Below are positions 10,683-18,775 of a stretch of 42,270 nucleotides of DNA, one piece after another. Both the position numbers and the translations under genes were made by a program. The DNA is taken from assembly GCA_963674595.2 (NCBI GenBank), contig CAXXFV010000028.1, forward strand, positions 1 through 42,270, in the 5' to 3' direction. This stretch comes from a bacterium. Lineage in GTDB: Bacteria > Zhuqueibacterota > Zhuqueibacteria > Residuimicrobiales > Krinioviventaceae. Within the stretch, counting starts at the first letter, position 1. Each line of letters starts with the position of its first letter. The notes beneath the pieces are model-generated. The model had not been told where the DNA came from. It ran no database searches and saw only the letters and a list, made by a program, of their open reading frames with translations.

Positions 10683-10793
10683 ACCTGGCTCCTTTTTTGT
10701 ATGTAAAGATTCTAGTTTTTTTGAATTTTTACAGCTTTTAACAGGGCCAACGATTTTTTTAATAACTGTTAAAAAAATCAAGCTCTATTTTTA

Positions 10794-12197
10794 TCAACAA
10801 TAAACGTCGCGTTTTCCTGATTTTACCAGGTTTACCAGTTTTTCACTGCGAATTTTTGCTGTAGCACCCATGTTGTTTAAAATGGTGTTGATTAGCTTTT
10901 CACCGACAGATCTCGTGCTGTCAGATGCATAATCTAAAAGGTATTCCGTAAAAGTAGAAAGAGCATTGGGATCACAATGGTTTTTTATTTCTCCGGGTTT
11001 TGCCAGATCCATGAAATCCTGGCCGGTCCTGCCCAACCGGTAACAACCGGTACAAAATGACGGAATAAATCCGAGTTGAGTAATATCGTTAATTACTTCA
11101 TCAAGCGGTCTGTGATCACCCAGAGAAAACTGGCTGTCATCTTCCGCATCTTCATTATATCCCCCGGGATTTGTGCGGCTGCCTGCTGAAATTTGCGAAA
11201 CGCCTAATTCCAGTGTTTCCCGCCGCATTTGCGGTGTTTCACGCGTTGACATGATAATACCGGTATAAGGTACGGCCAGCCGGAGAATCGCTACAATTTT
11301 TTTAAAATCCTGGTCTGATACGGCATAAGGGGGATTTGCTGCTGTATCCGAACCGCTTGCCGGTTCTATTCTGGGGACGCTTATGGTATGAGGACCAACA
11401 CCGAATTTGTTCTCCAAATGGCGGATGTGCTGTATCATAGCCAGAATTTCAAATTTCCAGTTATAAAGCCCAAACAGAACGCCGATACCCACATCATCAA
11501 TGCCTGCCTGCATGGCCCTGTCCATAGCATTTATGCGCCATTCATAGTTTGATTTTTGACCGGCAAGATGGACCCGGGCATAGGTTTCCCGGTGATATGT
11601 CTCCTGAAACAGTTGATATGTGCCGATCCCTTTTTGTTTTAACAGTCGAAATTCTGTAACAGATAATGGGGCTATGTTTACATTTACCCGGCGAATTTCA
11701 CCGTTATTTACTTTGGTTTTATAAATTGTGTCAATGGAATTGAGATAATATTCGAAATTTTGACGCGGGGGAAAAGCTTCACCTGCCACCAGCAACACCC
11801 TTTTATGTCCCTGTTGGACCAGTGTACGTATTTCCTTAGAAATTTGATCCTGATCTAAATAGCACCGGTTAATGTTTTTATTTTTTGCCCGAAAGGCACA
11901 ATAAGTACATTCGTTATGACAAAGATTTGAAATATATAACGGGGCAAAAAGGACAAGCCGTTTCCCGTAAATTGTTTCTTTAACAAATTTTGCCGTATTA
12001 TAGAGCTCTTCCAGCAATTCTTTGGACGTTTCAGCCATTAGAACGGCAATGTCTTTTTCATCCAGTCCCTGCATCTCTCTGGCTTTTGCCAGTGTTTTAC
12101 GGACCTGAATGATGCCTGGATGTTGATTAGATTGAATTGTTTGATGAATTTTTTGTTCGTCAATTATTACGGCAGGTTCCGTCGTTGTTTCCAGCAT
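10794..12197 (-). CDS. hydG: [FeFe]-hydrogenase radical SAM maturase HydG
   Basis: LFAPLYISNLCHNECTYC; YQLFQETYH; C-terminal CX2CX22C (CTGC...HC) auxiliary cluster motif distinguishing it from ThiH. Confidence 0.95.
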   Translation of the reverse strand: MLETTTEPAVIIDEQKIHQTIQSNQHPGIIQVRKTLAKAREMQGLDEKDIAVLMAETSKELLEELYNTAKFVKETIYGKRLVLFAPLYISNLCHNECTYCAFRAKNKNINRCYLDQDQISKEIRTLVQQGHKRVLLVAGEAFPPRQNFEYYLNSIDTIYKTKVNNGEIRRVNVNIAPLSVTEFRLLKQKGIGTYQLFQETYHRETYARVHLAGQKSNYEWRINAMDRAMQAGIDDVGIGVLFGLYNWKFEILAMIQHIRHLENKFGVGPHTISVPRIEPASGSDTAANPPYAVSDQDFKKIVAILRLAVPYTGIIMSTRETPQMRRETLELGVSQISAGSRTNPGGYNEDAEDDSQFSLGDHRPLDEVINDITQLGFIPSFCTGCYRLGRTGQDFMDLAKPGEIKNHCDPNALSTFTEYLLDYASDSTRSVGEKLINTILNNMGATAKIRSEKLVNLVKSGKRDVYC

Positions 12198-12250
12198 GGC
12201 GTTCCTCTCTCATGTGTTTGCCTGATTTTTGAGGGTTCAGAGAAAACACG

Positions 12251-12520
12251 TTACATTTTTGCAAATGCGGATTTTACCGTAACATCCGGCAATTGACCGA
12301 TTCGGCCTGTCATAGCGCCGACCTGGTCCGTGTTTCCGTCAACAATGAGAGAGATAATGGATAAAGAACGTTCCTTATAGGGAAGTCCCAGTCTGCCAAT
12401 TATAATATCGGAATATTCATGAAGGATTTGATTTAAAGCGGGTGACGTATCTCGATTTTGCACAATAATAGCAATAACTCCGATGCGTCTGTTTGGTGGG
12501 ATATTTTTTACATCTGACAT
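12251..12520 (-). CDS. TM1266-family iron-only hydrogenase system putative regulator (ACT-like)
   Basis: 89 aa, RIGVIAIIV...LNQILHEYSDIIIGRLGLPY...VTVKS; directly upstream of hydG; GAGGAG RBS. Confidence 0.88.
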   Translation of the reverse strand: MSDVKNIPPNRRIGVIAIIVQNRDTSPALNQILHEYSDIIIGRLGLPYKERSLSIISLIVDGNTDQVGAMTGRIGQLPDVTVKSAFAKM

Positions 12521-12612
12521 TTTATCTCCTCAACGTTAGGGTCTAAACCCCTTCATTTTAGAAAGTGAATTATGGAAACAATCTGCGAAATTTTTTTATA
12601 ATAATCAAGTAT

Positions 12613-12638
12613 AAAAAAAAAGCCCTCAAAATGAGGGC
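12613..12638 (-). terminator. Rho-independent terminator of hsp20
   Basis: Minus strand GCCCTCA-TTT-TGAGGGC followed by a T9 tract, just after the hsp20 stop. Confidence 0.85.
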
Positions 12639-12645
12639 CTTTCAG

Positions 12646-13089
12646 TTATTTGATTTCGATTTCCCGGGGTTTTACTTTTTCTGTTTTTGGCAGTTTAATG
12701 TCAAGAACGCCGTCTTTATAATTTGCCTGAATCTCTTCGGCTTTCACTTCATTGGGAAGTGTAAAGGAACGGCTGAAATTACCATAAAGTCTTTCGTGAT
12801 AATAGTAATCTTTTTCATCTTCAGTTTTTTCGACTTTACGCTCACCTTTTATCGTGAGAACATTATCGTTAACAGATATCTTTATATCTTCTTTTTTCAA
12901 TCCGGGCAAGTCAGCGGTAACGATGTAATCATTTTTTGTTTCTTTAACGTCAACACGCGGTGACCATGCAACAGAATCTTCTTCAATATTGTAAAGATTG
13001 TTGGAATTCCAGTTGTTAAAATCATTTAAAAAGCGATCAAAAGTTCTTGGGAAATCCATAACGTTGTTATTTCTTCGTACTAACCACAT
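12646..13089 (-). CDS. Hsp20/alpha-crystallin small heat-shock protein
   Basis: WSPRVDVKET, ADLPGL, ERLYGNFSRSFTLP, ANYKDGVLDIKLPK; start re-called at ATG 13089 with AAGGAG RBS. Confidence 0.95.
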   Translation of the reverse strand: MWLVRRNNNVMDFPRTFDRFLNDFNNWNSNNLYNIEEDSVAWSPRVDVKETKNDYIVTADLPGLKKEDIKISVNDNVLTIKGERKVEKTEDEKDYYYHERLYGNFSRSFTLPNEVKAEEIQANYKDGVLDIKLPKTEKVKPREIEIK

Positions 13090-13144
13090 GATATATCTCC
13101 TTATATTAATGAATCTTTGTTTTTCTGTTTTCACTACTATCATT

Positions 13145-13160
13145 AACAAGTTGCGTGCCA
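13145..13160 (-). promoter_or_regulatory. Sigma54 -24/-12 promoter for hsp20
   Basis: Minus strand TGGCACGCAACTTGTT vs consensus TGGCAC-N5-TTGC (one -12 mismatch), 55 nt before the start codon. Confidence 0.7.
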
Positions 13161-13251
13161 AAAATTTTTAAACGAATTTATCAGTTTGTTTTTTATTGTT
13201 TTTATTGACTTTAAATTTGTTTTTGTTTGAGTGATGAAAAAGTAACTGATA

Positions 13252-13336
13252 TGACAGGTATGACATCTTTTTCTGTCAAATTGGTTTTTTCTGTCATGTT
13301 GTCATATTTCATTTGATATGTTTGTCATATATGACA
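13252..13336. promoter_or_regulatory. Cluster of seven TGACA/TGTCA half-sites (putative enhancer/UAS)
   Basis: TGACA at 13252, 13261, 13332; TGTCA at 13274, 13292, 13300, 13323; about 90-180 nt upstream of the hsp20 sigma54 promoter. Confidence 0.55.
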
Positions 13337-13565
13337 GGTTTTATTCAAATTTTTACAATTATTTTATTAAAAGTGCCTGTAAAATTTAAAAAAAAATGTA
13401 AAAATTTTACTTTTCACTTGATTTTAGTCAAAATTTTGATTAACTATAAATACTTGGGTATTAATAATATTTATAGTTATTTAGAAGGTGCGGAAAGCAT
13501 GTGGCGGATATTGGTAAGAATAGTTAATTAAAAATCATTCTTGAGCTATTTATAAAGGACAATTT

Positions 13566-16346
13566 ATGTCAATCCTGAAAATTTTAATAGTTGAAGATGA
13601 AAAAATTATCGCACAGGAAATATCGCTAATACTTGAATCTCTCGGATATGAAATAATTGATGTTGCCGATAATGGCGAGCGTGCTATTAAAAAGGCAAAA
13701 TCAAAATCTCCGGACCTTGTTTTAATGGACATCCGCCTCAAAGGTGAAATTGACGGTATTGAAGCTGCTGCTGAAATTTATCAAAAATATAATATTCCTG
13801 TTGTTTACCTCACGGCTTACTCTGATGATGAAACACTAAAAAGGGCCAAAATAACCGAACCTTTTGGTTACATTTTAAAACCGTTCAACCGACGGGAACT
13901 ACAGGCCATTATTGAAATTGCAGTTTATAAAAATCGGGCGGAAAGTAAATTAAAAGAACGTGAAGCTTATTATAGGGCTCTTTTCGAACATTCCAATGAT
14001 GCCATTTTTCTAATGGATTATACCGGTAATTTATATGACGCCAATCAACGGGCCATAGAAATGCTGGATTATAAAAAAGACCAGCTTTTTAGCATGAAAC
14101 TTTTTGCCTTATCTGCTGATTCTGATAATTTTGATTTTGAATCCCTGTTACACAAAGTTATAAATAATGGATCTGTAGCTCTCGAATCGAGATTTCAACG
14201 CAGCAACGGAGATTTGATTGATGTCGATTTAAATGCCCGTGTTGTCAAGGTGAATCGCGAAACCATTCAGGTGGTCATACGTGATATTACGCGTCGAAAA
14301 CAGATTGAACGGGAACTGCTGGTCAATCAAAGATTGTTAAACCAGGCTGAAGAAATATCAAACTCGGGCAGTTTTGAATGGAACCTGGAAAACAGGACTG
14401 TTCGTTGGTCTGATGGTTTTTATCAGCTTGTCGGGCATGAAAAAGAACAGAAAAATCAAGCTCCATATCTGCTTTTTAAGGCCATTCATCCTGAAGACAG
14501 ACTGCGTTTTAAAACAGATTGCCGTGCCATACAACGTAATAAACAAATCAATTTTCCCAGAAAATACAGAATAATTAATTCGAATGGTTCTGTTCGCATG
14601 TTATATGGAACAGCCACTTATTTAATTGATTCGGAAGGAAATATTTCCCGCATGATTGGTGTCATGCAGGATATTACGGAACAGCATGAGACAGAGGAGG
14701 CATTGCGGGAGCGGGAAGAACGTTATCGGCAACTGTTTCAGGAATCACCTGTTTCATTATGGGAAGAAGATTTGTCCGGATTTAAAAAAATGGTCCTTGA
14801 TTTAAATAAAGATGGTGTTACTGATTTGTGTAAATATGCCCAAAAAGATCCTCAAATTTTACAACAACTCATCAATAAAATTCACATTTTGGATGTAAAT
14901 TACCGGACGCTGAAATTATTTGACGCAAAAAATATTAAAGAGTTGAGAGAAAAGTTACAAATAATTTATGGTAAAGAGTCGGATGTTGAGCTAAATGAAA
15001 TCTTTCAATCCATACTGGAAAACAAATCTCAGTTTGAAATGGATACGGTGCGACAGACTGTACATGGAGAAAAGAAATATGTTCGCCTAAAATGGGTTGC
15101 TGCTTCCGGGTGTGAGGAATCGTTGACTAAAGTTTTGGTTTCTATTTTGGACATTTCCGACTGGAAGCATGCAGAGTTTGCCTTAAAGACCAGTGAAGAA
15201 CGATTCCGGCGTATTTTTCAATACAGTCCAATTGGCATGGTTTTAATCGATACGGAATATAGAATATATGATGTTAATAAAGAATTTTGCAAAATGCTCG
15301 GTTTTGAGGAAAGTGAATTAAAGGGAATACCTCTGGAACAATTAATTCATCCGGAAGACAATATTATCACCAAAAAATTACTTGATAAAGTATTTAACAA
15401 AGTCATTTCATATTATCATATTCAAAACCGGTTTTTGGACCTAAACAAAAACACGGTATGGGGAAATGTTTCAACTACAATTATACAAACACCTGATGAT
15501 AAACGTATTTTCGGCCTTGTGATCGTTCAAAACATTACCAAAAACAAAAAGGCTGAGGCAGCGCGGGATGAGGCCGAACAAAAACTCAAGGAGCAGCGTG
15601 TTCTCAGTATGCATTCCGACAGATTAAGATCGTTAGGTGAAATGGCTGCGGGTATTGCTCATGAACTATATCAACCGCTTGCCGGTGTTCGGGGGCAGGC
15701 TGAACATTTGTTAATAGGCCATGATAAAGGGTGGACCTTTTCCGATGATGACTATCGGGAAAACTTGCAGGAAATCCTGAACCAGGCAGACCGAATGAAC
15801 CATATCATTGAACACATCCGGGTTTTTTCACGTGAAGCCGGAAAGCAGGACAAACAGCTTGTAGAAACAAATGATGTTGTGCTTTCCGCCTTGAAAATGT
15901 TACGCGCCCAACTTCACTCCAGAAGCATTAATTTGGAAGTTAATCTGTGTAAAGAGTCTTTACCCATTTTTGTAAATCCCTATTCTTTGGAAGAGGTCAT
16001 TATCAATATACTTACCAACGCCCGTGATGCTGTAGAAGAGCAGATTAAATATTCATCAAGTGTGGAAGGACATATCGGAATAAAAACTAGTATAAATGAG
16101 GATAAAGAATCTGTATTATTAACAATTAAGGATAATGGAACAGGAATACCAACTGACATTATAACCAAAATTTTCGATCCGTTTTTTACGACAAAAGAGC
16201 CGGACAAGGGGACAGGTCTTGGATTAGCTATTTCCAAATCAATTATAGAACAATTTGAAGGACAAATCACCATCCAGTCCGAAAGCGGTAAAGGGAGCAC
16301 AATAGCAATTTCACTGCCACTGTATAATGCCAGGGAGGAATTATGA
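13566..16346 (+). CDS. Hybrid sensor histidine kinase (REC-PAS x~4-HisKA-HATPase)
   Basis: N-terminal REC (LIVEDE, LVLMDI, ILKP); PAS/PAC ends (DIT/DIS); H-box AGIAHELYQPL; N, G1, F, G2 boxes (DNGTGI, FFTTK, GTGLGL). Confidence 0.92.
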   Translation: MSILKILIVEDEKIIAQEISLILESLGYEIIDVADNGERAIKKAKSKSPDLVLMDIRLKGEIDGIEAAAEIYQKYNIPVVYLTAYSDDETLKRAKITEPFGYILKPFNRRELQAIIEIAVYKNRAESKLKEREAYYRALFEHSNDAIFLMDYTGNLYDANQRAIEMLDYKKDQLFSMKLFALSADSDNFDFESLLHKVINNGSVALESRFQRSNGDLIDVDLNARVVKVNRETIQVVIRDITRRKQIERELLVNQRLLNQAEEISNSGSFEWNLENRTVRWSDGFYQLVGHEKEQKNQAPYLLFKAIHPEDRLRFKTDCRAIQRNKQINFPRKYRIINSNGSVRMLYGTATYLIDSEGNISRMIGVMQDITEQHETEEALREREERYRQLFQESPVSLWEEDLSGFKKMVLDLNKDGVTDLCKYAQKDPQILQQLINKIHILDVNYRTLKLFDAKNIKELREKLQIIYGKESDVELNEIFQSILENKSQFEMDTVRQTVHGEKKYVRLKWVAASGCEESLTKVLVSILDISDWKHAEFALKTSEERFRRIFQYSPIGMVLIDTEYRIYDVNKEFCKMLGFEESELKGIPLEQLIHPEDNIITKKLLDKVFNKVISYYHIQNRFLDLNKNTVWGNVSTTIIQTPDDKRIFGLVIVQNITKNKKAEAARDEAEQKLKEQRVLSMHSDRLRSLGEMAAGIAHELYQPLAGVRGQAEHLLIGHDKGWTFSDDDYRENLQEILNQADRMNHIIEHIRVFSREAGKQDKQLVETNDVVLSALKMLRAQLHSRSINLEVNLCKESLPIFVNPYSLEEVIINILTNARDAVEEQIKYSSSVEGHIGIKTSINEDKESVLLTIKDNGTGIPTDIITKIFDPFFTTKEPDKGTGLGLAISKSIIEQFEGQITIQSESGKGSTIAISLPLYNAREEL

Positions 16347-17722
16347 GGGAAGCACAAAATTTAAAAATTTTGCTCGTTGATGATGAAAAAATTATAAGGG
16401 ACACGCTGGGGAAATATTTGCGTCATGCCGGGCATGAGGTTGTCGAAGCAAAGGATGGTGAGGAAGCGCTTGAAAAAATAAAAAAGGAATCATTCGATCT
16501 TGGTATTACTGACGTCCGAATGCCAAAAATTGATGGATTGGCATTGCTCGAAAAAAGTCGTGAAATAAAGCCGGAATTACTGTTTGTTATCATTACCGCA
16601 CACAGGACGCTGGAAGTGGCCATTGCTGCATTACGGTTAGGGGCCGCTGATTTTTTAACCAAACCGGTAAAATTATTAGAACTGGATGCTGTTTTGGAAA
16701 AAACATTGCGTCTTGTCAAGTTAACATCTGATCGTCAACAGCTACAGGATACAATCAGCGGTTTGCAAAAAATTGAGCATCAACGTTACGGGAATCAGTA
16801 TCTTGTTGGGGAAAGTCTGGCTATTATGCAGCTAAGAGAACAAGTGAAAACGGTTGTTGAAGGAAAATGTGATTCGATTTTAGTAATAGGGGATACCGGT
16901 GTCGGTAAAGAAATGGTTGCACGCGAAATCCATTACCAGGCGACAAAGGATAAAAAGCCGTTTGTCGCTGTCAGTTGTCCAACTTTGCCGGATAACCTTG
17001 TTGAAAGCGAATTATTTGGTCATGTAAAGGGATCATTTACCGGTGCAACACAGGACAAACCCGGATATTTTGAAATGGCAAACGGAGGCACATTATTCCT
17101 CGATGAAGTAGCCGATTTATCTGCTTCGGCGCAGGCGAGCCTGTTACGGGTCCTTGAAACCCGAACTTTAAGAAGAGTGGGCGGCTCTAAGGAAATTCAG
17201 GTTGATATTCGAATTATTGCCGCCACCAATGCGCCGCTTGAAGAATTTGTACAGCAGGGTAAATTCCGACAAGATCTTTATTACCGGTTAAATGTTTATA
17301 TGATAACCATTTTACCGCTTAGAGAGCGTAAAGATGATATTTTACCACTTGCATACCATTTTTTAAACAACTATGCTAACGTACGCGGTCTTTCCTTTAG
17401 TGGCTTTTCCAGCGGTGCTCAGGAGACGTTATCAAGTTACGATTATCCGGGAAATGTTCGTGAGTTACGTAATATTGTTGAAAGGGCGGCTATTTTATGT
17501 CGTTCAGGGGAAATTCAAAAAGAACATTTAAATATTGTGAATAATTTAGTTCCGAAAACCAGTACGCCGGTAACTGATATTCGCGTCTCACCGGAAGCAG
17601 AGGAAAATATAATAAAAAGCGCATTACAGACTAATAAATGGAACAGGCGTGAGACAGCAAAAAAATTACATATACCCTATTCAACGTTGTGTTATAAAAT
17701 CAAAAAGTATAATATTAAATAA
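16343..17722 (+). CDS. NtrC-family sigma54-dependent response regulator (REC-AAA+-Fis HTH)
   Basis: GDTGVGKE, ESELFGHVKGSFTGA, LFLDEV, FRQDLYYRL, YPGNVREL; ATGA overlap with the kinase. Confidence 0.95.
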   Translation: MREAQNLKILLVDDEKIIRDTLGKYLRHAGHEVVEAKDGEEALEKIKKESFDLGITDVRMPKIDGLALLEKSREIKPELLFVIITAHRTLEVAIAALRLGAADFLTKPVKLLELDAVLEKTLRLVKLTSDRQQLQDTISGLQKIEHQRYGNQYLVGESLAIMQLREQVKTVVEGKCDSILVIGDTGVGKEMVAREIHYQATKDKKPFVAVSCPTLPDNLVESELFGHVKGSFTGATQDKPGYFEMANGGTLFLDEVADLSASAQASLLRVLETRTLRRVGGSKEIQVDIRIIAATNAPLEEFVQQGKFRQDLYYRLNVYMITILPLRERKDDILPLAYHFLNNYANVRGLSFSGFSSGAQETLSSYDYPGNVRELRNIVERAAILCRSGEIQKEHLNIVNNLVPKTSTPVTDIRVSPEAEENIIKSALQTNKWNRRETAKKLHIPYSTLCYKIKKYNIK

Positions 17723-17745
17723 AAGTTTTAGTAATAATTTTTGGT

Positions 17746-17778
17746 AAATATTACTAATATTGATATTTAGTAATATTT
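17746..17778. promoter_or_regulatory. Perfect 12-bp inverted repeat, putative activator binding site
   Basis: AAATATTACTAA-N9-TTAGTAATATTT; a third TTAGTAATA half-site at 17728-17736. Confidence 0.5.
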
Positions 17779-17829
17779 TGTTATTAATTCAACTAGTTGT
17801 TTTTTAAGTTCTTTTAATTGTGTTTATTA

Positions 17830-17845
17830 TGGTACGTCATTTGCG
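17830..17845 (+). promoter_or_regulatory. Sigma54 -24/-12 promoter
   Basis: TGGTACGTCATTTGCG = TGGYAC-N5-TTGC, 39 nt upstream of ORF 17885. Confidence 0.75.
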
Positions 17846-17884
17846 TTTATTAAATTATCCATCAAACAATAAGGATGATTTTAA

Positions 17885-18292
17885 ATGCGAATATTTCTTA
17901 TTAATGACGAAACCATTGTCTTTAAAACGATTTTCTCATTTCTACATCAATTAGGATATTCTCTTCAGGTTTTAAACGCGTCGCAGGAACTTTATTTGCA
18001 TAATCCTGAGCCGGGTGATATAATGATCGTTGATATTCTTGATCTGAATAAAGGCCATTTTGCTTTGCTGAAAAGAGTCACTCAGGAATATTCATTTTTG
18101 AGATTATTGGTTTTAATAGACAAAAAGCCTCCTTTTAATATTGAGGAAGCGTTAAGCTACGGCATTGTTTCTTATTTGCGCAAACCATTATACTTGAATG
18201 AGCTGGAGCTTGTTCTTTATTGGTATCATGAATTTCATGGTTTTAAACAAAGTTCAGGCGACAAACACCGGTCTTTTATTTTTGAAAGTTGA
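17885..18292 (+). CDS. Stand-alone atypical response-regulator receiver domain protein
   Basis: MRIFLINDE, DIMIVD, SYLRKP; conserved Thr/Ser appears replaced; AAGGA RBS. Confidence 0.7.
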   Translation: MRIFLINDETIVFKTIFSFLHQLGYSLQVLNASQELYLHNPEPGDIMIVDILDLNKGHFALLKRVTQEYSFLRLLVLIDKKPPFNIEEALSYGIVSYLRKPLYLNELELVLYWYHEFHGFKQSSGDKHRSFIFES

Positions 18293-18338
18293 TTTCTTTA
18301 GGCTAATGAAAAGATTTAATGGTTTTTGAGTATTATTG

Positions 18339-18752
18339 TTAGCTGACCAAACGTCTTAAACGTTTGGAAAGCATTTTTAGAACGCCCTGGGTTATATTGA
18401 TATGATCTGACAACAGATCATAAAAATCATCACGATCTATTCTTAACAGGTGGGATTCCTGAACGGTTTCGGCTGTCACCAATCGTGGTTCATCATCAAA
18501 CAGCGCCCATGTTCCAAAAACATCTTTTGTTGAGGCAAGCATGACGGTTTGACCTTGCCTGGTTATTTTTATCTGGCCGTCTGTGATCAAATACATGGAA
18601 TCTGCCGGGTCACCCTCTTTAAATATTGTATGTTCTGCGGAGAATGTTAATTCTTCGGTTATGGCTGCAATATGCGACAAGTCTTCTGTTGATGTATGTT
18701 CAAAAATATCTACATCTTGCAAAAATAACACTTTTTCTATAATTGTAAGCAT
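18339..18752 (-). CDS. Cyclic nucleotide-binding domain protein (no HTH)
   Basis: EKVLFLQDVDIF, IFKEGDPADSMYLI, FGTWALFDDEPRLVTA phosphate-binding cassette. Confidence 0.9.
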   Translation of the reverse strand: MLTIIEKVLFLQDVDIFEHTSTEDLSHIAAITEELTFSAEHTIFKEGDPADSMYLITDGQIKITRQGQTVMLASTKDVFGTWALFDDEPRLVTAETVQESHLLRIDRDDFYDLLSDHINITQGVLKMLSKRLRRLVS

Positions 18753-18775
18753 TTTAGAAACCTGATCTTGATATT

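Noticed and set aside
10794-12197. ThiH / BioB calls for the radical SAM genes
   Set aside because: The CX2CX22C tail and hydF/TM1266 context identify HydG and HydE
12538-12552. Short palindrome (GGGT-CTAA-ACCC) upstream of TM1266 resembling a REP or operator
   Set aside because: Single copy with a 4-bp stem; not distinguishable from chance
13090-13161. N-terminal extension of Hsp20 in the ORF track (and similarly of HydF 10683-10781 and RlmI 28199-28237)
   Set aside because: Downstream starts match family N-termini (with clear RBSs for hsp20 and hydF); the Hsp20 extension overlaps its promoter and the RlmI extension overlaps the kinase gene
13252-13336. CRISPR array or iteron interpretation of the TGACA repeats
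   Set aside because: Units are 5-11 nt, in mixed orientation and irregularly spaced, with no cas or rep genes
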